This document shows positions 56,528-64,000 of a stretch of 64,000 nt of DNA, in pieces. The position numbers and the translations under genes are program-made. This DNA is from Flectonema sp. DT1601 (taxonomy: Eukaryota), in contig OZ025785.1 in NCBI GenBank assembly GCA_964019425.1, positions 1,488,001 to 1,552,000 of the forward strand, in the 5' to 3' direction. The notes beneath the pieces are model-generated. The model was given only the letters and a program-made list of their open reading frames with translations. It ran no database searches and was not told the origin of the DNA. The first letter of the stretch is position 1, and each line of letters begins with the position of its first letter.

Positions 56528-59500
56528 ATGCGGCACATAATATGTTTACTAGCGCTCTACATGGTTAATTGTGTAGCAGGGCAGGGGTTAAGTACGACGG
56601 TTCCCTTAGTTGGTGGAGTACCGACCTTGACAATAGCTGAAAATGGAGTGCAACAAACGTTTATTGTAAGCACTCTGACAGTTCCGACAGCGACAGTGAG
56701 GATACCAGTGACATCACAGGATCCGTCACACTTTACTGTTTCTCCAACTGAGTTTACTTATGACCCTGCTAACCCAACGATTATGGTTGTTACTGTTACA
56801 CCTGTACGTGATTTTTTTGTTGCTGCTGATGTGACTTTGAATCTTGAACTTGGGCCAACTACTAGTGTTGATGCCAACTATGTCAACCGTCAACTATCTG
56901 TTAGTGTGACAGTAACAAATATTGATGCTGCTACAGTGACGTACAGTACTTTAAACGTCTTAACAACTGAAGACAGGACTGCAACACCTGCTGTTGCAGT
57001 GACTGTTCGTTTAGATGCCATTCCTAGTCCTGACGTAACCATTACGTACACGTCATCTGATACCAATATTGCGACTGTTGTTCCAGCAACGTTGATGTTC
57101 GATAACAATAATTGGAACGTCTTACAGACAATTACTATCAACGGACTTGATAACGATATCGATGCTGCAGATGCTGCTTACACCATTACTGGAGCTTATA
57201 CGAGTGCTACAGGTGTTTATAATGGAATAGCTGCTACTACTATTACTGGTACTAATGTTGATGATGATACTCACGGTGTCACAGTAACACCAACTGCTGG
57301 TTTATCAACTTTTGAAGACCCTTCTGGTAACGTTGCGACTTTCACAGTTGTTCTTACTTCTGAACCAACTGGACCTGTGACTTGTCCATTAGCTGTAGCT
57401 CCAGCACTCGGAACTATTGTAGGAGGTCTTGCTCAGGTAGCATTTACAACAACTGACTGGGCAACACCACAACTTGTGTCAATTAAGGGAGTCGATAACT
57501 TTATTGATTCTGGTAATCAACCTTATCAGGTAAATATTGGAGCTTGTGTCTCAGCAATGGATGCTAACTACAATGGATTCTCAGTCAGTTCTGTTTCTTT
57601 AACAAATATTGATAACGACGTTGTTGGTATCACAGTAACATTAGTAGGAGGTGCTACAACTACAGAAGCTGGAGGGATGACGAGTATTCAATTTGTGTTA
57701 ACAAGTCAGCCTACTAATGATGTTATCATTGGTGTTCAGACTAATGACGCTACTGAAGGGGTTGTAACTCCAACGTCTATCACTTTTACAGCTGCTAATT
57801 GGAATACTATTCAGTCAGTTGATGTAACTGGTCAGCCAGACAACATTGACGATGGAAATATCGCTTACAAGGTTACCATGACTCCTAGTAGTACTGATGC
57901 TCTGTATCGTGTGATTGTAATCCCAGATATCGATCTCGTGAATACGGATGATGACATTACAGAAGTAGTAATAACTCCACAGACTGGATTAATTACTGCT
58001 GAAGACCAAACAGTTGCAGCAGTTGAATTCACAGTCATACTTGGAAGCGCTCCAAAGTCAGGAACTGTTACCGTAAACTGCGTCAGTGATGACACAACTG
58101 AAGGTGTTACAAGTACCTCAACTGTTGTCTTTACCAACGTGAATTGGAACACTCTTCACACCGTGACAATTAAAGGAGCTGAAGACGCCGTTGACGATGG
58201 TGATATTTTATATGGAATTGACTGCGCTATCAGTGGTGAAGCTGACTACGTTGCTTTGAACCCGCTTGCAAAGGTTGCAGTGACCAACATTGACAACGAC
58301 CAGCACGGTATTACTGTAACTCAGCCAGCAGTAACAACAACTAGTGAAACTGGAACATCATTCGAGTATACATTGCAACTGACTAGTCAGCCTACTGGAC
58401 CTGTTCAAATAACTCCGACTGTTTCTCTTCCAACAGAAGCTTCAGTAGCTCCAACTCTCGTCACTTTTGATGTAGCGAATTGGCAAGTCATTAAAACTGT
58501 TACTGTCACTGGTGTTGATGATAATGTTGTTGACGGAAATAGAGCATTCTCAATAACAAACAACCCGACATCAGGTGACACGTTGTATAATAGTTTATCT
58601 CCTGATATTGTTCAAGGGACTAATAATGATGATGATGCTCCTCCTACAGTTCTAGTGAGCCCAACTACTGGCTTACGTACTACAGAGGGCGGAACAACTG
58701 ACACCTTTACTGTTGTCTTGAGTGCCATGCCTGCTAGCGATGTTCAGATTACCTTCAGTAGTGACCAGTCTGATGAGGGTAGCGTGACCGGTACTCTTAC
58801 TATTCAACCAGCTAATTGGAATCAATTTCAAACCATAACTGTGACTGGTGTTGATGACTTGTTTGTTGATGGCACTCAGAACTTTAACATCATCAGTTCA
58901 ACAACACTCAGTTCTGATATGAACTTTAATAACTTACCTGTTGCTAATGTCGCCTGTTCAAATGAAGACAATGATGTGGCTAGTATCGTAGTTAGCCCTG
59001 CTAGTGGTAGCAGAACTACTGAGACTGGAGGAAGTGTAACCTTTACAGTAGTGCTATCAGCTCAGCCATCAGCGGGAACTGTTACTGTGCCGGTGGCACC
59101 AAATATCGAAGCCTCTGCTAACCCAACAAGTATCACATTCACGACAGTTGATTGGAACATTCCAAAGACAATAACAATTACTGGTCTCGATGATAATTTA
59201 ATTGATGGTGACAGACCTTACAGTGTTACTATTGGTCCTTCAACATCAACAACTGATACGGCATACGCAAACTTACTCGGATCTCCTGTAAATCTAATTA
59301 ACGAAGACAATGACGTAGCCGGCTATGTTGTGACTCCAACAAATGGATTGGTCACAACAGAAGCTGGTACAAGAGATTCATTTACTGTAAGGTTAACTTC
59401 TCAACCACAAGCAGGTACAACAGTAACGATAACTTACGGATCGAGTGACAACACAGAAGGTAATGTAGTGACGGCTAATATAATATTTAATGACGCAAAC

Positions 59501-62500
59501 TGGGCAACAGCTCAACAGATAAATGTTGAAGGACTGCCAGATAGTATTGTTGACGGTAATGTTCTTTATTCACTTACAGCTAGTGTCTCGACTACTGACA
59601 CGGATTATAGATTAGTAACACCTGCTACTGTGACTGCTACCAATACTGATCAAGATACCTTAGGATGGGTTGTTGGTATTCCTGCTGTTGCTACAACAAC
59701 TGAAGCTGGTGGTCAGATTGAAGTAATGTACACGCTGACTTCAAACCCAACTCCTGGTCAAGTTGTATTAGACTTACTCGGTGATGCTACTGAAGGTACA
59801 CTCTCAGCGACTAGTTTACAATTCACTGACCTCACTTGGAATGTTGCACAAACAGTTACCATAACAGGTATCGCAGACTCTATTATGGATGGTGATATTA
59901 TTTATAACTTAATTGGTACCACTACTGCGTCATCTAACGTAGCATATCGAGCAGTTCCACCACAGGCTGTTTCTGTTACAAATACTGACCAAGACACTGC
60001 TTCAATTGTTGTTACTAATACTCCAGCTATTTTAGTTACAGATGAAGGTGGTACTAGTGCTACCTTTACAGTTAGATTAGCAACTGAGCCAATCGGAGAT
60101 GTTACTGTGCCAATCTCTGTGACAATGCCTGGTGAGGCTGATTTGTCTCGCAACAGCATAACGTTCACTCCAACTAATTACTTTGTTGCTGTACCCGTGA
60201 CTATTACTGGAAGAGATGATTTTGTGATTGACGGAGACCAGACTCACTCAATCACTATCGGACCAGCTTCTTCAACAACTGACCCAAACTACGACACGAT
60301 GGTCGCGCCATCGATAACAACAACAAATCAAGACAACGACTCTTTCGGTGTTCAAGTTGTACCAAAGTCAGGAACAGTAACAGAAACAGGTCCGGGTACG
60401 AATGAATTTGTTATCTCATTAAATTCACAACCTACTTCTAATGTCTTTCTAGGTGTAAGTAGTAGTGTTATTGCTCAAGGAACTGTTTCCCCAGCTAGTC
60501 TAACCTTCACATCAGGTAACTGGAATGTTGCACAAACTATTACTGCTATTGCAGTAGACGATGCTGTAGCTGATGGAAACACAAACTTTCAACTTGACTT
60601 TCAGCCACTGCAATCAAATGATGCCAACTACGATGGTCAGAATACTGCTGCTATCCCAATGGTCGCAGTCGATAATGACGTCGCTGGAATTACAGTTCTC
60701 CCACAGCAGGTTCTAATCACAAGTGAACTCGGTGGGACTGCACAGTTTACAATCGTATTAGATAGTCAGCCTTCAGGTACTAATACTGTTCGATACACTT
60801 GGACAGGTGATACTACTGAAGGTACTATAAATCCTACTTCAGTATTGTTTACAAGAGATAATTGGAATATACCACAAGATGTTGTGATAACTGGACTTGA
60901 TGATAATCTTGATGATAATGATCAGACTTATGTAATTACTGCAGCAACAGTAACAGTTGACCCTGAGTACACAGGTCTTACAGTACCAACTATTACAGTT
61001 ACTAATACTGATGATGATACTGCTGGTGTTACTGTTTCAAAGACTGATGTTAGAACTTCTGAAGACTTAACAACTGATACGTTTACTGTCGTTCTAACAG
61101 CAGAACCTACAAGTACTGTTGAAGTTCAGTTCTCAATTGCGGGAACAGAAGCGACAGTAAGTCCAGCAAGTGTTACTTTCACAGCGGTTGATTGGATGAG
61201 ACCTCAAGTTGTAACCGTCACTGGAGTTGATGACTCAGTGATTGATGGTAATTCTGGTTACTCTGTTTCTGTTGGAATTCAAACTACTGATGTAACCTAC
61301 GCTAGTGTTTCAGTTGATGATATCAATGGAATCAACAACGACAATGACGCAGCTTCTGTTATCGTTGCTGTTGTTGGAAATCCTGTCACATCAGAACAGG
61401 CAACCACAATGACATTTACAATGCGTCTGTCTGCTGAACCAAAAGCAGATGTCACAGTCACTCTCGATACGTCAACACTAGACGCTACTGAAGGTGTACT
61501 TGTACCAACAACATTCACCTTCACGAGAGTTAATTGGATGAATAATGTAGTCTTTACTGTGACTGGTGTTAATGATGCTGTTCAAGATGGAGATCAGACT
61601 TATGCATTACAATTCAACACGGCATCTACTGATGCTGACTTCACTGGATTGACTGTCCAACCAGTCACAGTTACGAATACTGATGATGACACAGCTGGTG
61701 TGAATGTTGTTTTTAGAACCGGTGGTTTGGTAACATCTGAGATGGGAGCGACAGACTCTTTCACAATTAGTTTGAATTCAGAACCGACTGATGTGGTGAC
61801 AATTGGAATAGTCAGTTCAAGACCTACTGAGGCCGCAGTATTAATGGGAACTGTTTCCTTTAATCCAACTGATTGGAGTACTCCAAAAGCTATTTTCATT
61901 CAAGGAGTTCAAGATGCTGTCGCTGATGGTTTAGCTCCATATTGGATTAGAACTGAAGCAGCTGTCAGCAATGATATGGTTTATGGTGGTTGGGATGCTA
62001 CTGATATACCCGGAAATAATCAAGACGATGATACAACTGGTTTTCAAATCACACCACTAACTAATTTAAGAACAACTGAATTAGGTGGTACAGACTTCAT
62101 AACCGTTACTTTAGAGAGTCAACCGATTGCTGACGTCACAATTCCGTTTAGTACTGACGACCCCAGTGAAGCAAGTGTGAGTCCAAGCTCTCTTGTGTTT
62201 ACACCTACAACATGGCAAGATGCTCTTACAGTTACTGTGACTGGTGAGAATGATTTCGTTGATGATGATGATCAGTCTTATAATATCAGAGTTGGACCTT
62301 TTGTGTCACTCGATCCTGGCTACGATGCTAACGCGGCTTTTGATATAACCGGCTGCCTTAATCAGGATGACGAAACTCGTGGTGTTACAACACAAGCGAC
62401 TACTAATCCGATTGTTGTTACTGAAGGAGGTTCTAGAGAAACTTTTACAATAGTTCTGGACAGCCAACCGACTCATGACGTTATCGTTCCAATCACAGCG

Positions 62501-64000
62501 AGAGATTTAACTGAAGCAACAGTCTCTCCAATCTCAGTCACTTTCAACACCGTTAATTGGAATGTCCCTCGAACTGTTACAGTCACTGGAGTGAATGACG
62601 CACTAGCTGATGGAAATATCACTCACGGTATTGATATCGGACAGATTCAGAGTCAGGATGCTAAATATTTAAACTTTGATCCTCCACTTGATGTATCAGT
62701 AATGACAACAGATGATGATGTTCCTGTGATCACAATCACTCCAACAACTGGATTATCAACTACTGAGGCTGGAGGAACAGTGACATTCACGATTTCTATT
62801 AGCACCCAACCAGTTGGAACAGTTACCATTCCACTGTCTACTAGTAATGCAAACGAAGGTACTATTGCGGTGACTCAAGTCGCTTTTACTGCTGCTAACT
62901 GGCAGGTTCCTCAAGGAGTTGCCGTGACTGGTGTTGACGACAGCATTGATGACGGAGACGTTGCCTACGACATCATAACTGGAATCGTTCAGGCTCCTGC
63001 AGACACAACATACGCAGGTACCAATCCAGATGATGTTACGATCACAAACACTGATGATGAACAATTCGGAATCACTGTATCTCCAAGAAATAATATTTAC
63101 ACAGAAGAGCAGAATGTTGTTAAAGGAGAATACACTGTTCGTCTTAACACTCAACCTCTTGACACTGTTAGGATCGCAATCGATAATTGTGTTACTGGTC
63201 AGAGTTCAGAAATAACAGTAACCCCATGTAGCCTTGAATTCACTACAGTAGATTGGGCAACAGAGAAGACAGTGACATTAGATGGTATTGATGATGATAT
63301 AGCAGATGGAGATCAAACTGTTATTATTCAGATGGCTAATGCTATAAGTGCTCTTGATCTTAACTATAATGGATTTGTTGTTGGAAGTGTATCAGCAATT
63401 AACAGAGACGATGATACTTTTGGTATCAATGTCGTACCTCCGACTGGTTCTACAGCTGAAACTGGAACTCAAGTCACTTTCACAGTCGCACTAAACTCTG
63501 AGCCAACTTCTAATGTTAGAATTCCAATTGGAAGTAGTCAAGTGGGTGAGCAGACTGTATCACCAACTCAGTTACTGTTCACTCCACTAGACTGGAGAAC
63601 ACCAAAGGTAGTCACAATTACAGGTGTTGATGATGCTATAGCAGACGGTTCTATTTCAAACCAAATTGAAATTATGCCAGCAGTCAGTATGGATACCAAC
63701 TACAACTCATTAGACGTACCTGATCTTACGGTTGTTAACACAGATGATGATGTTGCTGAGATTGTAGTCTCAAGGACGACAGGATCTGTGACTGAGGGAG
63801 GAGCTTTACAAACATTCACAATCGTATTGAGAACTGAACCAACTGCTGATGTAACAGTTAACATTCAATCAGATAATACAAATGAAGCCACAGTATCACC
63901 TGCTTCAATCGTATTCAATGCTGCCAACTGGGCTGTTGAAACAACAGTCACGGTGACTGCAGTCGATGATCAGATTCCAGAAGTACAGAAGTCAGTTGTG
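56528..64000 (+). CDS. Giant secreted/surface protein of tandem Calx-beta-like Ig repeats (>2490 aa, 3'-truncated by the window edge)
   Basis: Absent from the ORF track because no stop occurs in the window. ATG 56528 gives a signal peptide, MRHIICLLALYMVNCVAG-Q. About 22 units of ~113 aa follow, consensus TTE.G...FTVVL.SQP...V....D.TE.TVSP.S.TFT..NW...QTVTVTGVDD...DG...Y...D..Y...V..TN.D.D. The start and the last codons (..VDDQIPEVQKSVV) share one frame. Confidence 0.93.
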   Translation, partial: MRHIICLLALYMVNCVAGQGLSTTVPLVGGVPTLTIAENGVQQTFIVSTLTVPTATVRIPVTSQDPSHFTVSPTEFTYDPANPTIMVVTVTPVRDFFVAADVTLNLELGPTTSVDANYVNRQLSVSVTVTNIDAATVTYSTLNVLTTEDRTATPAVAVTVRLDAIPSPDVTITYTSSDTNIATVVPATLMFDNNNWNVLQTITINGLDNDIDAADAAYTITGAYTSATGVYNGIAATTITGTNVDDDTHGVTVTPTAGLSTFEDPSGNVATFTVVLTSEPTGPVTCPLAVAPALGTIVGGLAQVAFTTTDWATPQLVSIKGVDNFIDSGNQPYQVNIGACVSAMDANYNGFSVSSVSLTNIDNDVVGITVTLVGGATTTEAGGMTSIQFVLTSQPTNDVIIGVQTNDATEGVVTPTSITFTAANWNTIQSVDVTGQPDNIDDGNIAYKVTMTPSSTDALYRVIVIPDIDLVNTDDDITEVVITPQTGLITAEDQTVAAVEFTVILGSAPKSGTVTVNCVSDDTTEGVTSTSTVVFTNVNWNTLHTVTIKGAEDAVDDGDILYGIDCAISGEADYVALNPLAKVAVTNIDNDQHGITVTQPAVTTTSETGTSFEYTLQLTSQPTGPVQITPTVSLPTEASVAPTLVTFDVANWQVIKTVTVTGVDDNVVDGNRAFSITNNPTSGDTLYNSLSPDIVQGTNNDDDAPPTVLVSPTTGLRTTEGGTTDTFTVVLSAMPASDVQITFSSDQSDEGSVTGTLTIQPANWNQFQTITVTGVDDLFVDGTQNFNIISSTTLSSDMNFNNLPVANVACSNEDNDVASIVVSPASGSRTTETGGSVTFTVVLSAQPSAGTVTVPVAPNIEASANPTSITFTTVDWNIPKTITITGLDDNLIDGDRPYSVTIGPSTSTTDTAYANLLGSPVNLINEDNDVAGYVVTPTNGLVTTEAGTRDSFTVRLTSQPQAGTTVTITYGSSDNTEGNVVTANIIFNDANWATAQQINVEGLPDSIVDGNVLYSLTASVSTTDTDYRLVTPATVTATNTDQDTLGWVVGIPAVATTTEAGGQIEVMYTLTSNPTPGQVVLDLLGDATEGTLSATSLQFTDLTWNVAQTVTITGIADSIMDGDIIYNLIGTTTASSNVAYRAVPPQAVSVTNTDQDTASIVVTNTPAILVTDEGGTSATFTVRLATEPIGDVTVPISVTMPGEADLSRNSITFTPTNYFVAVPVTITGRDDFVIDGDQTHSITIGPASSTTDPNYDTMVAPSITTTNQDNDSFGVQVVPKSGTVTETGPGTNEFVISLNSQPTSNVFLGVSSSVIAQGTVSPASLTFTSGNWNVAQTITAIAVDDAVADGNTNFQLDFQPLQSNDANYDGQNTAAIPMVAVDNDVAGITVLPQQVLITSELGGTAQFTIVLDSQPSGTNTVRYTWTGDTTEGTINPTSVLFTRDNWNIPQDVVITGLDDNLDDNDQTYVITAATVTVDPEYTGLTVPTITVTNTDDDTAGVTVSKTDVRTSEDLTTDTFTVVLTAEPTSTVEVQFSIAGTEATVSPASVTFTAVDWMRPQVVTVTGVDDSVIDGNSGYSVSVGIQTTDVTYASVSVDDINGINNDNDAASVIVAVVGNPVTSEQATTMTFTMRLSAEPKADVTVTLDTSTLDATEGVLVPTTFTFTRVNWMNNVVFTVTGVNDAVQDGDQTYALQFNTASTDADFTGLTVQPVTVTNTDDDTAGVNVVFRTGGLVTSEMGATDSFTISLNSEPTDVVTIGIVSSRPTEAAVLMGTVSFNPTDWSTPKAIFIQGVQDAVADGLAPYWIRTEAAVSNDMVYGGWDATDIPGNNQDDDTTGFQITPLTNLRTTELGGTDFITVTLESQPIADVTIPFSTDDPSEASVSPSSLVFTPTTWQDALTVTVTGENDFVDDDDQSYNIRVGPFVSLDPGYDANAAFDITGCLNQDDETRGVTTQATTNPIVVTEGGSRETFTIVLDSQPTHDVIVPITARDLTEATVSPISVTFNTVNWNVPRTVTVTGVNDALADGNITHGIDIGQIQSQDAKYLNFDPPLDVSVMTTDDDVPVITITPTTGLSTTEAGGTVTFTISISTQPVGTVTIPLSTSNANEGTIAVTQVAFTAANWQVPQGVAVTGVDDSIDDGDVAYDIITGIVQAPADTTYAGTNPDDVTITNTDDEQFGITVSPRNNIYTEEQNVVKGEYTVRLNTQPLDTVRIAIDNCVTGQSSEITVTPCSLEFTTVDWATEKTVTLDGIDDDIADGDQTVIIQMANAISALDLNYNGFVVGSVSAINRDDDTFGINVVPPTGSTAETGTQVTFTVALNSEPTSNVRIPIGSSQVGEQTVSPTQLLFTPLDWRTPKVVTITGVDDAIADGSISNQIEIMPAVSMDTNYNSLDVPDLTVVNTDDDVAEIVVSRTTGSVTEGGALQTFTIVLRTEPTADVTVNIQSDNTNEATVSPASIVFNAANWAVETTVTVTAVDDQIPEVQKSVV

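Noticed and set aside
56890..63215. Minus-strand and alternative-frame ORFs listed in the track over the giant gene
   Set aside because: They are shadows of the Thr/Val-rich plus-strand coding frame and have no independent features.
56528..64000. Regular periodicity as a CRISPR array or DNA satellite
   Set aside because: The repeats are conserved at the protein level only, with a ~340-nt period inside one open frame and no identical DNA repeats or spacers.
1..64000. Stop-codon reassignment or a non-standard genetic code
   Set aside because: TAA, TAG and TGA all end genes at plausible C-termini, conserved Trp residues use TGG, and the frame breaks are explained by GT-AG introns.
1..64000. 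tRNA, rRNA or spliced-leader RNA genes, and transposase or reverse-transcriptase ORFs
   Set aside because: I saw no cloverleaf, rRNA-like sequence, euglenozoan mini-exon or mobile-element protein motif by eye. A covariance-model scan is needed to exclude small RNAs.

Overview
This is eukaryotic, AT-rich protist DNA, not prokaryotic. About 19 protein-coding genes all lie on the + strand, separated by poly(T)/poly(A)-rich spacers, and most are intron-poor. This layout suggests a euglenozoan such as a diplonemid (inference, not proven). All three standard stop codons end genes, so the code looks standard. I reconstructed 11 short GT-AG introns by reading-frame continuity; they end in A-rich tracts plus (A)CAG rather than polypyrimidine tracts. 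Recognisable genes: papain-family protease (3' end), SGNH-fold protein, IP3-receptor-type Ca2+ channel, flavin amine oxidase, type-B carboxylesterase, SHIPPO-repeat protein, FAB1/PIKfyve-like kinase, p23, UBC12, NIPA transporter, and a >2490-aa secreted protein of about 22 bacterial-style Calx-beta/Ig repeats that the ORF track misses because it runs off the window. Most interesting: (1) an IP3 receptor with an N-terminal, apparently dead caspase/metacaspase-like domain; (2) a protein joining about 18 WG/GW Argonaute-hook motifs to a gutted ZNFX1/Hrr1-type pseudo-helicase, a candidate RNA-silencing adaptor; (3) a stand-alone DUF3427/SRA-like candidate modified-base reader; (4) the unusual intron grammar. 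Domain calls come from motif recognition by eye; no searches were run.
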